This document shows positions 64,245 to 74,619 of a stretch of DNA of 248,000 nt, in pieces (position 1 is the first letter of the stretch; every line of letters begins with the position of its first letter). Location of the stretch: the NCBI RefSeq assembly GCF_000737315.1, contig NZ_JMCB01000002.1, forward strand, positions 268,001 through 516,000, given 5' to 3'. The notes under the pieces are model-generated. The model was not told the DNA's origin and ran no database searches. It saw only the letters and a list, made by a program, of their open reading frames with translations. The stretch is from Hyalangium minutum. Lineage in GTDB: Bacteria > Myxococcota > Myxococcia > Myxococcales > Myxococcaceae. The position numbers and the translations under genes are program-made.

Positions 64245-65150
64245 TCAGGCGAGCAGTTGCCGCAGCGCCGGCTCCAGCTGTGGGAAGTGGAAAGTGAAGC
64301 CGGACTCGGTGAGCCGCTTCGGCAGCACCCGCTGGCCCTCGAGCGCCACCATCGCCATCTCTCCCATGGCTGCCTTCACCACGAAGCCCGGGATGTGCAT
64401 CACCGAGGGACGTCCCAGCACGGTCCCCAACGTGTGTGCGAACTCCGCGTTCGAGAGCGGCTCCGGCGAGGTGACGTTGAACGGTCCCTCCAACTCCGGG
64501 TGCTCCAGCAGGAAGCGCAGCGCTGCCACTGCGTCCTCCCGGTGGATCCAGCTCACGTACTGCTTGCCAGAGCCTATGCGGCCTCCCGCCCCCATTCGGA
64601 AGGGCGGCAGCATCGTGTGCAGCGCTCCGCCCTCGGGATGGAGAATCACCCCCATGCGCGCCACCGCTGTGCGGATGCCCGCCTCACGCGCCCGCAGCGC
64701 CTCCGCCTCCCACTCCTGGCACACCCCTGCCAGGAAGTCTTTGCCCGGCGAGTTCTCCTCCGTCAGCACCTCTGCCCCGTGCGTCCCGCCGTAGTAGCCC
64801 ACCGCTGACGTGGACACGAAGCGCTGCACCGTGCCCGCTCCCTGCATCGCGTCCACCAGCGCCCGCGTCCCCTGCACCCGGCTGTCCCGGATGCGCCGCT
64901 TCGCGTCGTGGTTCCAGCGCTGGTTGATCGGCTCTCCCGCCAGGTGGATGACCGCCTGTGCCCCTGCCAGTGACTCGGGCGGTAAGGGCTCGCCTGCCCG
65001 GAAGGCTGCTCCCGTCACTCCCTTCGGCAGCCGCTCCAGGGCTTGTTCAACGTTCCGTACAAGGACGTGGACCGTGTGTCCCGCCTCCAACAAACCTTGG
65101 ACAAGGCGGGGCCCCAGGAAGCCGCTCGCCCCTGTGAGCGCCACCTTCAC
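64245..65150 (-). CDS. TIGR01777-family epimerase/oxidoreductase (YfcH-like)
   Basis: TGASGFLG, HLAGE, SR..GT, SWIHRED. Confidence 0.9.
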   Translation of the reverse strand: MKVALTGASGFLGPRLVQGLLEAGHTVHVLVRNVEQALERLPKGVTGAAFRAGEPLPPESLAGAQAVIHLAGEPINQRWNHDAKRRIRDSRVQGTRALVDAMQGAGTVQRFVSTSAVGYYGGTHGAEVLTEENSPGKDFLAGVCQEWEAEALRAREAGIRTAVARMGVILHPEGGALHTMLPPFRMGAGGRIGSGKQYVSWIHREDAVAALRFLLEHPELEGPFNVTSPEPLSNAEFAHTLGTVLGRPSVMHIPGFVVKAAMGEMAMVALEGQRVLPKRLTESGFTFHFPQLEPALRQLLA

Positions 65151-65698
65151 AGCTGCGGCTCCGCCTTCAAGTCCTTGCCCACCAGCTTGGAGAGGGCTTC
65201 GAAGAACGCCTTCCGCTCTGCCTCGTCCAGCTTCCCCGAGTACCGGTACACCACCGCCCCCGCCGCATCCATCAGCATGACCGTGGAGGTCTTCTTGGGC
65301 AGCGCCCACGGAGGCCCTCCCAGCGTCCCCTCTAGGTCCACCAGGATGGGCACGCCCACCTTCTTCTCCTCGTCCTTCACGTAGGACAGGGCAATCTGCC
65401 GCGCAGGGAAGAAGTTGAACTTCTCCAGGTTGGCCACCGCCACCACCCAGGCCGCCTCCAACAGGCCGTGCTGCTGGCCCTTGGTAAACAGCTCCTCCTT
65501 CAGCGCTCCGTTCAGCTGCGTGGAGTCCTTGTCCTCGTAGAACAGGATGACGGGCTTGCCTCGCCACTTCGACAGTGACGCCTGGGCCCCATCCGACCCT
65601 TGGAGCGTTGCCTCCAACGGGCTGCTCCCCGAACCTTGGGCAGAGGCCCCCGTCGTGGCCAGAGTCACCGTCAACGCTCCTGTCAGCCAGGCCTTCAT
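65147..65698 (-). CDS. Exported thioredoxin-fold (YtfJ-like) protein
   Basis: Signal peptide; ILFYEDKDS. Confidence 0.6.
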   Translation of the reverse strand: MKAWLTGALTVTLATTGASAQGSGSSPLEATLQGSDGAQASLSKWRGKPVILFYEDKDSTQLNGALKEELFTKGQQHGLLEAAWVVAVANLEKFNFFPARQIALSYVKDEEKKVGVPILVDLEGTLGGPPWALPKKTSTVMLMDAAGAVVYRYSGKLDEAERKAFFEALSKLVGKDLKAEPQL

Positions 65699-65724
65699 GG
65701 GGGCTCCTTTGAAAAGGGAACAGC

Positions 65725-65779
65725 CGAACGAGGTTTGAACAAACATTGGACACAGCCTTGACAAAGAATGTACGCCGAC
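65725..65779 (+). promoter_or_regulatory. CarA/CarH operator overlapping -35 of the crt promoter
   Basis: TGAACA, TGGACA, TTGACA, TGTACG spaced exactly 11 bp apart (65736, 65747, 65758, 65769). Confidence 0.75.
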
Positions 65780-65807
65780 GCTACGTGTAGGGCAAGATGC
65801 ACACGCG

Positions 65808-66929
65808 GTGTCGGAGGACGATGCGATGGCTTCTCCCTTCTCCCTGGTGACTGCTCCGCCGCTGCCCGCGGCCCAGCCCCCCCCGATCGCCCCCGATCAG
65901 GCGTGGCTGCGGATGGTGCAGACCCAGGTGGAGGCCTCGCTCGCCGAGCTGTTCGAGCTGCCCGATGAAGCCGCCTTCGATCCACGCTGGACCCAGGCCA
66001 TGGAGCGCACGCGCCAGTACGCCCTGCGGCCGGCCAAGCGGGTGCGCCCCGCGCTCGTCGTGGCCGGGTACAGCCTGGCCCGAGGCTCGCTGAAGGTTCC
66101 CGCAGGGCTGTGGCGCTTCGCGGCAGGGCTCGAGTTGCTGCACACCTTCCTCCTCATCCATGACGATGTGGCTGATCAGGCCGAGCTGCGCCGAGGGGGG
66201 CCTGCGCTCCACCACCTGCTGGGCGCTGGGCGGGCAGGCGAGGACCTCGCCGTGGTGGTGGGCGACCACCTGTTCTCTCGCTCGCTCGAGGCCATGCTCT
66301 CCTCCGAGCTGCGGGGGGCCTCGGCCGCCTCGCGCTACTACCTCGCCGTGTGCCGGCACACCGCCGCCGGCCAGTACCTGGACCTCAGGCTCGCGTCTGC
66401 GCCGCTGTCCCAGGTGACGCTCCTCCAGGCGCTGCGCGTGGCCCACCTGAAGACGGCGCGTTACGGCTTCTGCGCCCCGCTCGTCTGCGGCGCCATGCTG
66501 GCCGGCGCGGATTCGGAGCTGTGCGAGGCCCTGGAGCGCGTGGGCCGCCATGTGGGGCTCGCCTTCCAGCTGCGCGATGACTTGATCGGCCTGCTCGGCG
66601 ACGAGCGCGTGGCGGGCAAGGCCGCGGATGGCGACTTCGTGCAGGGCAAGCGCACCGTGCCCGTGCTGGCGGCGTACCTGCGCGCTCCAGCGGCGGCCCG
66701 CGAGGAGCTGGAGCGGCTCTGGGCGCTGCCCCCCGAGGCCAAGGATGCGGCGGCGCTGGCCCAGGCTCGCGCGCTGGTGGAGGAGTACGGAGGCCGGGCC
66801 GCCTGCGAGCGGCTGGTGGAGCGGGCCTCGCGCACGGGGCGGCGGGCGCTGCAGGCGCTGCCGGACGAGGGCGGCGTGCGGGACTTGCTGGACACTCTCA
66901 TCACCCGGCTGGCGCACCGCGCGGCCTGA
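65808..66929 (+). CDS. crtE: Geranylgeranyl diphosphate synthase
   Basis: LIHDDVAD, FQLRDD motifs. Confidence 0.88.
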   Translation: MSEDDAMASPFSLVTAPPLPAAQPPPIAPDQAWLRMVQTQVEASLAELFELPDEAAFDPRWTQAMERTRQYALRPAKRVRPALVVAGYSLARGSLKVPAGLWRFAAGLELLHTFLLIHDDVADQAELRRGGPALHHLLGAGRAGEDLAVVVGDHLFSRSLEAMLSSELRGASAASRYYLAVCRHTAAGQYLDLRLASAPLSQVTLLQALRVAHLKTARYGFCAPLVCGAMLAGADSELCEALERVGRHVGLAFQLRDDLIGLLGDERVAGKAADGDFVQGKRTVPVLAAYLRAPAAAREELERLWALPPEAKDAAALAQARALVEEYGGRAACERLVERASRTGRRALQALPDEGGVRDLLDTLITRLAHRAA

Positions 66930-66945
66930 GACAACGAGCGTCGCC

Positions 66946-68493
66946 ATGGAGCAGGGCAAGCCAAAGGCAGTCGTGGTGGGCGCTGGTGTGGGTGGGCTCG
67001 CGGCCGCGGCCCGGCTCGCGCGCCAGGGGTTCGATGTTCACCTGTTCGAGAAGACCCACGGGCCCGGCGGGCGCTGCAACCAGCTGCGCGCCGAGGGCTT
67101 CACCTGGGACATCGGCCCCACCATCGTGCTCATGCCCGAGGTCTTCGAGGAGACCTTCTCCGCCCTGGGCCGCCGGCTCGAGGACTACCTGACGTTCCAC
67201 CGCTGCGAGCCCAACTACCGCATCCACTACCGCGACGGCTCTTCCATCACCTTCACCTCCGAGCTCACCGCCATGGGCCGCGAGCTGGAGCGCATCGAGC
67301 CCGGCAGCTTCAAGCGCTACCTCGCCTTCCTCGCCCAGGGCCGTGAGCAGTACCGCACCAGCCTTGACCACCTGGTGGGCCGCAACTACTCGGGCGTCCT
67401 GGACTACTTCTCGCCCAAGGTGCTGGCCAAGATTTTCAAGGTCCGCGCGCACCGGCGCATGTACGCGGACGTCAGCCGTTTCTTCCAGGACGACCGCCTG
67501 CGCGCGGCGATGACGTTTCAGACGATGTACCTGGGCGTCTCCCCGTTCGCCTCGCCCGCCGTGTACGGACTGCTCCCGTTCACCGAGCTGGGCGTGGGCA
67601 TCTGGTTCCCCCAGGGCGGCCTGTATGCCATTCCCCTCGCGCTGGAGAAGGTGGCGCGCGAGGAGGGCGTGCGGCTCCACTACGGCGAGCCGGTGGAGCG
67701 CATCCTCACCGAGGGCGCTCGGGCCACGGGCGTGCGGCTGGCCAGCGGGCGCACCGTGCAGGCGGACCTCGTGCTGTGCAACGCCGACCTGCCGTACGCG
67801 TACCAGAAGCTGCTCGAGGGCGCGCCCACCTCGCTGCCGCGCAAGGACAAGCTCCGCTACACCTCCAGCGGCTACATGCTCTACCTGGGCCTGCGTAAGC
67901 AGTACCCCGGGCTGGGCCACCACAACGTCGTGTTCGGCCGCGACTACCAGGGCTCGTTCGACGACATCTTCGAGCGCTTCCGCGTTCCGGAGGACCCGAG
68001 TTTCTACGTGAACGTGCCCACGCGCACGGATCCCAGCCTCGCGCCTCCAGGACAGGACGCCGTCTACGTCCTCGTCCCTGTCCCGCACCAGAACCCGCAC
68101 CTGGACTGGAAGGTGGAGGGGCCCAAGGTGCGCGCCAAGGTGTTCCAGCGGCTCGCCGAGCTGGGCTACCCGGACCTGGAGCGCGACACCGTCGTGGAGC
68201 GCGTCTTCACCCCGGATGACTGGGCCGCCTCGTACAACCTCATGCACGGCAGCGCGTTCGGGCTGGCGCAGAACTTCTTCCAGATCGGCCCCTTCCGGCC
68301 CTCGAACCAGGACGCGCGCGTGAAGAACCTCTTCTTCGTGGGCGCCTCCACCCAGCCAGGCACTGGGCTGCCCACCGTGTTGATCTCCGCGCGGCTGGCC
68401 GCGGAGCGCGTGCAGAACTGGGCGAGGCAGGCGGGTCTGGCACAGGCGCTGAGCCGGACGCCCGCGCCCGTCCAGGCAGAGGTGGCCGCATGA
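66946..68493 (+). CDS. crtI: Phytoene desaturase
   Basis: GAGVGG, DIGPT, VGAST.PG.GLP. Confidence 0.9.
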   Translation: MEQGKPKAVVVGAGVGGLAAAARLARQGFDVHLFEKTHGPGGRCNQLRAEGFTWDIGPTIVLMPEVFEETFSALGRRLEDYLTFHRCEPNYRIHYRDGSSITFTSELTAMGRELERIEPGSFKRYLAFLAQGREQYRTSLDHLVGRNYSGVLDYFSPKVLAKIFKVRAHRRMYADVSRFFQDDRLRAAMTFQTMYLGVSPFASPAVYGLLPFTELGVGIWFPQGGLYAIPLALEKVAREEGVRLHYGEPVERILTEGARATGVRLASGRTVQADLVLCNADLPYAYQKLLEGAPTSLPRKDKLRYTSSGYMLYLGLRKQYPGLGHHNVVFGRDYQGSFDDIFERFRVPEDPSFYVNVPTRTDPSLAPPGQDAVYVLVPVPHQNPHLDWKVEGPKVRAKVFQRLAELGYPDLERDTVVERVFTPDDWAASYNLMHGSAFGLAQNFFQIGPFRPSNQDARVKNLFFVGASTQPGTGLPTVLISARLAAERVQNWARQAGLAQALSRTPAPVQAEVAA

Positions 68494-69500
68494 AGTCGCA
68501 CGAGGATCCGCAACTGGTGGCCCAGGGGTACCGGCTCGCCCAGCGCGTGACGCGCGAGCACGCCAAGAGCTTCTATTTCGCCTCGTATTTGCTCTTCGGT
68601 GCGCGGCGGAAGGCGGCCTTCGCCCTCTATGCCTTCTGCCGGCGGTTGGATGACATGGTCGACGAGGGTAGCCAGGGCGCCGCGCCGGTGGACCTGAAGG
68701 CCCGGCTGGCACGGGCCCGGCAGATGGTGGCCGAGGTCTACCTGCCCATGCCGGAGCTGGCGGCACCGGGGCTCGACTCGCCCGCCGAGCGGCTGATGAG
68801 CGCCGAGGCTCAGTCCCCGTGGGATGCGGGCGAGTTCGCCGCGCTCAAGCACGCCGTCTACCACTACCGCATCCCCGAGCAGCCCTTTCAGGACCTCATC
68901 TCCGGCATGGAGATGGACCTGACGAAGGACCGCTACGCCACCTACGCCGAGCTGGACCTGTACTGCTACCGGGTGGCGGGCGTGGTGGGGCTGATGCTGA
69001 CGCCGGTGCTGGGGTGCTCGGATCCGCGCGCGGTCTCGCACGCGGCGGACCTGGGCCGGGCCATGCAGCTCACCAACATCCTGCGCGACGTGCGCGAGGA
69101 CCTGGAGCGCGGCCGCGTGTACCTGCCCGCCGAAGAGCTGCGCGCCTTCGGGCTGAGCGAGGACGACTTGCGCCGAGGCCAGGTGGACAACCGGTGGCGT
69201 GACTTCATGCGCTTTCAGATCTCCCGGGCCCGGGCCCTCTACGCGCGCGCGGGCGCGGGCGTGGACTACATCGAGGGCTTCGGCAGCCGGCGGATGGTGC
69301 GGCTGATGGGCGGAATCTACGGGGACATCCTGCGTGTCATCGAAGCGCGGGACTGCGACGTGTTCAGCGAGCGGGCTTGGGTGCCGGGCCGCCGGAAGCT
69401 GGCCCTGGCGGCGGCGGCCATGGCCCGGCCCTCGGCGGTGCTCCCGGCGCCCGTGGGGGAAGTGAACCTGCCTCTTCTTCCAACGGGGACTCGGGGATGA
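68490..69500 (+). CDS. crtB: Phytoene synthase
   Basis: YAFCR.LDD, YCYRVAG, MQLTNILRDV.ED. Confidence 0.92.
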   Translation: MKSHEDPQLVAQGYRLAQRVTREHAKSFYFASYLLFGARRKAAFALYAFCRRLDDMVDEGSQGAAPVDLKARLARARQMVAEVYLPMPELAAPGLDSPAERLMSAEAQSPWDAGEFAALKHAVYHYRIPEQPFQDLISGMEMDLTKDRYATYAELDLYCYRVAGVVGLMLTPVLGCSDPRAVSHAADLGRAMQLTNILRDVREDLERGRVYLPAEELRAFGLSEDDLRRGQVDNRWRDFMRFQISRARALYARAGAGVDYIEGFGSRRMVRLMGGIYGDILRVIEARDCDVFSERAWVPGRRKLALAAAAMARPSAVLPAPVGEVNLPLLPTGTRG

Positions 69501-70822
69501 GCGACGACAAGGTGAAGACGTTGGAGGTGAGGCGGAGCTCGCGGCTGTCGGGCTTCTACCAGCAGACACCGGAGCGGCGGCGCGCCCGGCTGGTGGAGGC
69601 ACGCTGGCTGGCCCCCGAGGAGGCCGAGGCCTGTGAGGGACTCGGTGGCTTCGACGAGGCGTGCGCGGACGCCATGGTGGAGAACGTCATCGGCCTGCAT
69701 GGCCTGCCGCTCGGCGTGGCACTCAACTTCGTGGTGAACGGCAAGGACCGGCTGGTGCCCATGGCCGTGGAGGAGCCCTCCATCATCGCCGCGGCCTCCT
69801 ACGCGGCCCGGCTGTCCGCCGAGGGCGGCGGCTTCACCGTGGAGGCCGAGCCCCCCATCACCACCGCGCAGGTGCAGCTGCTGGAGGTGCCTCTGCTCGA
69901 GAGGGCACGGGAGCAGCTGCTGGCCCGGGCCGAGGAAGTGCTGGCCGAGGCCAACGCGAAGATGCCGGCCATGGTTGCTCGGGGCGGCGGGGCCCGCGAG
70001 CTGGAGGTGCGCGTGCTGGACGCCACCACCCTCGTGGTGCACCTGCACGTGGACACGCGCGATGCCATGGGGGCCAACCTCGTCAACTCGCTGGCGGAGG
70101 ACCTGGCGCCCCTGCTGGCGCTCATCTCCGGCGGCCGGGCGGGGCTGAAGATCCTCACCAACCTGGCGGATCGCCGGAAGGTGAAGGTGCTCACCCGGGT
70201 GCCCTCGCGCGCGCTGAGCTCGGAGCGCTTCCCGGATGGCGACGCGGTGCGGGATGCCATCCTCGAGGCCCAGCGCTTCGCGGAGCTGGATGTGTACCGG
70301 GCCGTCACCCACAACAAGGGCGTGATGAACGGCGTGGACGCGGTGCTCGTGGCCTGCGGCAACGATTGGCGCGCGGTGGAGGCTGGGGCGCACGCATACG
70401 CGGCACGCCAGGGGGGATACCGGCCGCTCACCTCGTGGTGGGGGGGACCGGATGGTGAGCTGTGCGGCTCGCTGGAGCTGCCGCTGGCCACCTCCACGGC
70501 CGGCGGTGCGGCGCGTGCGCATCCAGGAGTGCAGCGGGCGCTGAAGCTGGCGGGTGTCTCGGGGGCGGTGGATCTGGCGGGGCTCGCGGCGGCGGCGGGG
70601 CTCGCCACCAACCTGTCGGCGCTCAAGGCGCTGTCCACCGAGGGAATCCAGAAGGGACACATGTCGCTGCACGCACGGCGTGTGGCGGCCGAGGCCGGCG
70701 CCAGCGGAGAGTTGGTGGGCATCGTCGCGGAGCGGCTGTCGAGCGAGCGCGTGTACCGGCCCGAGCGGGCGCGGGAGCTCCTCGCGGCGGAGGTGGCTCA
70801 TCGGAAGGGGGTCCGGCGATGA
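69497..70822 (+). CDS. mvaA: Class II HMG-CoA reductase
   Basis: ENVIG, EEPSIIAA, DAMGAN, HNKGVMNG, GIQKGHMSLH. Confidence 0.92.
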   Translation: MSDDKVKTLEVRRSSRLSGFYQQTPERRRARLVEARWLAPEEAEACEGLGGFDEACADAMVENVIGLHGLPLGVALNFVVNGKDRLVPMAVEEPSIIAAASYAARLSAEGGGFTVEAEPPITTAQVQLLEVPLLERAREQLLARAEEVLAEANAKMPAMVARGGGARELEVRVLDATTLVVHLHVDTRDAMGANLVNSLAEDLAPLLALISGGRAGLKILTNLADRRKVKVLTRVPSRALSSERFPDGDAVRDAILEAQRFAELDVYRAVTHNKGVMNGVDAVLVACGNDWRAVEAGAHAYAARQGGYRPLTSWWGGPDGELCGSLELPLATSTAGGAARAHPGVQRALKLAGVSGAVDLAGLAAAAGLATNLSALKALSTEGIQKGHMSLHARRVAAEAGASGELVGIVAERLSSERVYRPERARELLAAEVAHRKGVRR

Positions 70823-72282
70823 GGCGCACCCGGGTGGCGGTCATCGGCGGTGGCATCGGCGGGCTGACGGCCGCCGGGCTGTTGGCCAAGGAAGGCCATG
70901 AGGTGACCCTCTTCGAGAAGGGGGCCACGCTGGGCGGCAAGGCGCAGTCCATCACGATGGAGGGTGTGACGCTGGACACCGGCCCCACGCTGCTGACGCT
71001 GCCGGCCCTGGTGCGCGGCACCTTCGAGCGGCTGGACGCGTTGGACTTGCTGCCGCCCTTCACGGAGCTGGAGCCCCAGTGCGTGTACCGCTTCGCGGAC
71101 GGCTGTGGCTTCACCGCATATAAGGATGTGGAGCGCACGGCGGAGAGCGCCGCCGAGCTGCGCCGCAGCGAGCGCCGGGGCGTCGTCTCCTTCTATGAGG
71201 AGGCCGAGGCCATCTACAAGGCGGCGGGCGAGCCGTATCTGGAGGCCCCCTTCGAGGGCATGGCGGGCTTCATGACGCGGGTGGCCCGGCGCGGCGTGGG
71301 AGCCGTGCTGGCGGGCATGCGGCTCAACACGCTGCACGAGCTGGCCGAGAAGCACTTCAAGACCGACCACATGCGGCAGTTCGTGGGGCGCTTCGCCACG
71401 TACACAGGGGCCTCGCCCTACGAGGCGAGTGCGGCGTTCGCGCTCATCCCGCACATCGAGCGGGCGTACGGCACGCACCATGTCCAGGGAGGCATCGGCG
71501 CACTGGTGGAGGCGCTGGGGCGGGCCGTGCAGCGGCTGGGCGTCACCGTGCAGCTGAACGTAGCCGCGTGCTACGAGCGCGAGGCCCGCAGTGGCTACCG
71601 CGTGGGCCCCCAGGGCGCGGCGGAGTTCTTCGACAGCGTGGTGGTGAATGCCGATCCGCTGGCGTCGCTCCGGCGCGAGGGAGAGCCGCTGGCGCTGTCC
71701 GGCTATGTGCTGCTGCTGGAGGTGGATGGGCGCCCACCCGTGCCTCACCACACCGTGCTCTTCAGCCCCGACTATCGCCGCGAGTTCGAGGAGCTGTTCT
71801 CCGGGCGGCTGGCGAATGACCCGACGGTGTACCTCTGCAACCCCTCGGCGACGGACAGCACCGTGGTGCCGCCGGGGCGCACGGGGCTGTTCGCCATGGT
71901 GAACGCGCCGCCTCTGCCCACCCAGGGGCCCGAGTCCGAGCGCGCCGCCGCCGCGTGGGAGCTGAACGCCGAGCGCACCAAGGCGCAGATCCTCGAGCGG
72001 CTGACCTCTCAGTTCCCGGTGCTCAAGGGCCGCGTGCGAGTCCTGGGGCAGCGCACGCCGGTGGACCTCGCGGCGCAGGGTGCACCCGGGGGCTCCATCT
72101 ATGGCTTCCTGCCGCATGGGAAGTTCGGCCCGTTCCGCCGTCCGAGGATCCGCGGCAACACGCCAGGTCTGTTCTTCGCGGGCGGAGGCACGCACCCGGG
72201 CGGCGGGGTGCCGCTGGTGATGCTCTCCGGGAGCTTCGCCGCGGAGATGGCGTCCGCCCACCTGAAAGGAGCCGTGGCATGA
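70819..72282 (+). CDS. crtD: Carotenoid 3,4-desaturase (CrtD-like)
   Basis: GGGIGG, DTGPTL, GG.THPGGGVP. Confidence 0.8.
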   Translation: MRRTRVAVIGGGIGGLTAAGLLAKEGHEVTLFEKGATLGGKAQSITMEGVTLDTGPTLLTLPALVRGTFERLDALDLLPPFTELEPQCVYRFADGCGFTAYKDVERTAESAAELRRSERRGVVSFYEEAEAIYKAAGEPYLEAPFEGMAGFMTRVARRGVGAVLAGMRLNTLHELAEKHFKTDHMRQFVGRFATYTGASPYEASAAFALIPHIERAYGTHHVQGGIGALVEALGRAVQRLGVTVQLNVAACYEREARSGYRVGPQGAAEFFDSVVVNADPLASLRREGEPLALSGYVLLLEVDGRPPVPHHTVLFSPDYRREFEELFSGRLANDPTVYLCNPSATDSTVVPPGRTGLFAMVNAPPLPTQGPESERAAAAWELNAERTKAQILERLTSQFPVLKGRVRVLGQRTPVDLAAQGAPGGSIYGFLPHGKFGPFRRPRIRGNTPGLFFAGGGTHPGGGVPLVMLSGSFAAEMASAHLKGAVA

Positions 72283-73199
72283 GCGCGCTGCCCGAGCTGC
72301 CGTCCCTGCCCTGCGAGCCGGGTGCCTACCGCTGGTACTACGCGGACGTCACCGCAGGCGAGCACAGCGCCGTGTTCATCTTCATGGTGGGCTCGCTGTT
72401 CTCCCCGCGCTACTCGGTGGCGGCGCGGCGCGGCGGACTGCCTCGGGAGCACTGCGCGGTGAACTTCGCCCTGTACCACCGGGGCGTGCGGCGGCACTGG
72501 GTGCTCAGCGAGTACCCACTCATGGAGCAGGAGTCTCCGCACTGCCTGCGCATCGGCCGCTCGACGATTCGTTACGAGGGCGGCGGGGTTCGCATGGAGG
72601 TGGATGAGCGCACGGCGCCCTGGGGCCGGCCGGTGCGGGCACGCCTGATGCTGGAGCCGATGACCCCTTTGGGGGATGAGGTACAGCTGGTGCCGGGCCT
72701 GCCGCACTGGTGGCAGCCGATGGCGCCTCGGTCCCGGGCCTGGTTGCAGGTGGACTCCGAGGGCCTGGAGGCCGAGGGGCTGGGCTACCACGACACCAAC
72801 CACGGCGGAGAGCAGCTGGGCGCCCGGCTGAGCGGGTGGCACTGGTCGCGCACACACGGTGAGCACGAGACGGTGGTGGACTACGTGCTGCCCTCCGGTG
72901 TGGCTCCGGTGCGCGTGACGGCCGGAGCCGAAGGCCTCCACTGCGAGCGCGGGGGTGGCACCGAGGTCCTGCCTACGGAGCGCACGGCCTGGGGGCTGCG
73001 CGTGCCTCGGCACCTGCGCGCGGGGAACACGGTGGTGGGCGAGCCCCGGCTGCTGGAGTCCTCGCCCTTCTATGCGCGGGTGGAGGCGCGCCACGCCGGG
73101 CTGGACACGCTGGGCGAGGTGGCGGACTTCCGCCGCTTCCACTCGCCGTTGATTCGCTGGATGGCGCACTTCCGCACGCGGGTGGAGGGAGCGCCATGA
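72279..73199 (+). CDS. crtC: Carotenoid 1,2-hydratase
   Basis: YRWYYAD, GSLFSP.Y, GYHDTN.G, ESSPFY. Confidence 0.85.
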   Translation: MSALPELPSLPCEPGAYRWYYADVTAGEHSAVFIFMVGSLFSPRYSVAARRGGLPREHCAVNFALYHRGVRRHWVLSEYPLMEQESPHCLRIGRSTIRYEGGGVRMEVDERTAPWGRPVRARLMLEPMTPLGDEVQLVPGLPHWWQPMAPRSRAWLQVDSEGLEAEGLGYHDTNHGGEQLGARLSGWHWSRTHGEHETVVDYVLPSGVAPVRVTAGAEGLHCERGGGTEVLPTERTAWGLRVPRHLRAGNTVVGEPRLLESSPFYARVEARHAGLDTLGEVADFRRFHSPLIRWMAHFRTRVEGAP

Positions 73200-74314
73200 G
73201 CCCATGGGTGATGCTGGGGCTGGGCTGGGCCACGATGGCCACGGGCTTCAGCGCGGTGGCGCTGGGCAGGCTGCTGCGGACCCGCCGCGCGCCGGTGGCG
73301 AGCACGCGAGTCCCGGTGCTGCTGCTCCGGCCGGTGGATGCTCCCACGGCGCGGGAGCTGGAGAACCTGGCGCGCCCGGTGGACTACGCGGGTGCGCTGG
73401 AGCAGGTGGTGGTGTCTCCGTTCCGGCCTCCGCTGGCGCCCGAGGTGCGGTGGCTGCCGAGCGATCCGCCCACGCCGAACCGCAAGGTGGGGCACCTGCT
73501 GTACGCGCTGGAGGTGTTGCCCACGCAGGGAAGGGTGGTGCTGGCGGTGGACGCGGACGTGGAGGTGACGGGAGCGCTGGTGGAGTCGCTGGCCGCGCCA
73601 GTGGCTGCGGGAGCGGCGCTGAGCACGGCGGCCCCCACACCGGTGGGTGTGCGCGGCGTGGTGGCCTGGGCCGTGGCGGGGCTGCTGCGGCACAGCCACC
73701 ACAGCTTCCGCGCGTTGCATGCGATGAGCGCGGGGGCCAAGGCCGTGTGTGGCAAGGCGCTCGGGCTGTCTCCCGTGGCGGTGGAGGAGCTGCGCGGACT
73801 GGGAGACCACATTGGGGAGGACCTCGAGCTGGCCAAGCGGCTGCACGCCCGTGGCGCCGAGGTGGCCCTGGCCGAGGAGCCCGCACGGGTGCCCCTGGAG
73901 CCCATGCACTCCTGGCGGCCAGCGCTGGAGCGATTCACCCGGTGGATGCAGGTGTTGGCGAGCCACCGGCCAGGGCTGTACCCCACGGTGCCGCTGCTGT
74001 TCACTCCGACGCTCCCCTTGGGAGCGCTGGCGCTGGTGTTGGGCTCGTGGGAGCTGGGGATGGCGACAGGAATCCTGGGAGGCGTTCGCACGCTCCTGTC
74101 ATGGCGGCTCACGGCGCTCACAAGGTCCGAAGGTTCGCGGGACTTCGCCACCGCGACAGGGGCCTGGCTGTTGGGGGAGGCGTTGCTGCTGGCGGCGTTC
74201 CTGCGCTCCCTGGGGCAGGCGGGCACCGTCACCTGGCGCGGGCGCACCTACGCGCTCGAGCCGGGCGGGCGGATGACGCCCGTGTGGCCCGAGCTCAGCG
74301 GAGGTCCGGGATGA
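73196..74314 (+). CDS. Carotenoid glycosyltransferase (GT2/GT21-like)
   Basis: NRKV, DAD, IGED, RW motifs; position in car operon. Confidence 0.75.
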   Translation: MSPWVMLGLGWATMATGFSAVALGRLLRTRRAPVASTRVPVLLLRPVDAPTARELENLARPVDYAGALEQVVVSPFRPPLAPEVRWLPSDPPTPNRKVGHLLYALEVLPTQGRVVLAVDADVEVTGALVESLAAPVAAGAALSTAAPTPVGVRGVVAWAVAGLLRHSHHSFRALHAMSAGAKAVCGKALGLSPVAVEELRGLGDHIGEDLELAKRLHARGAEVALAEEPARVPLEPMHSWRPALERFTRWMQVLASHRPGLYPTVPLLFTPTLPLGALALVLGSWELGMATGILGGVRTLLSWRLTALTRSEGSRDFATATGAWLLGEALLLAAFLRSLGQAGTVTWRGRTYALEPGGRMTPVWPELSGGPG

Positions 74315-74619
74315 CGTACGCGCGCTTCCTCGGGCTGTTCGTGGTCCTGCCCATCCTCTTCCTGGTGGTGCGCTACCGGAAGACGCTCACGGCCCGCGCC
74401 CTGGCGCCGCTGGGACTGCTGCTCATCGTCGTCTACGCCGCCACCTCGCCCTGGGACAACCTGGCGGTGAAGTGGGGCCTGTGGGGCTTCGACCCGGAGC
74501 GCATCTGGGGCATCAAGCTCGGGTACCTGCCGCTGGAGGAGTACCTCTTCTTCGGGCTGCAGACGCTGCTGGTGGGCTTGTGGGCGCGCGCGCGCCTGGC
74601 CCGGGTGGTGCCCCCATGA
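74311..74619 (+). CDS. Lycopene cyclase subunit (CrtYc-like)
   Basis: PWDN.AV..G.W, PLEEYLFF. Confidence 0.85.
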   Translation: MTYARFLGLFVVLPILFLVVRYRKTLTARALAPLGLLLIVVYAATSPWDNLAVKWGLWGFDPERIWGIKLGYLPLEEYLFFGLQTLLVGLWARARLARVVPP

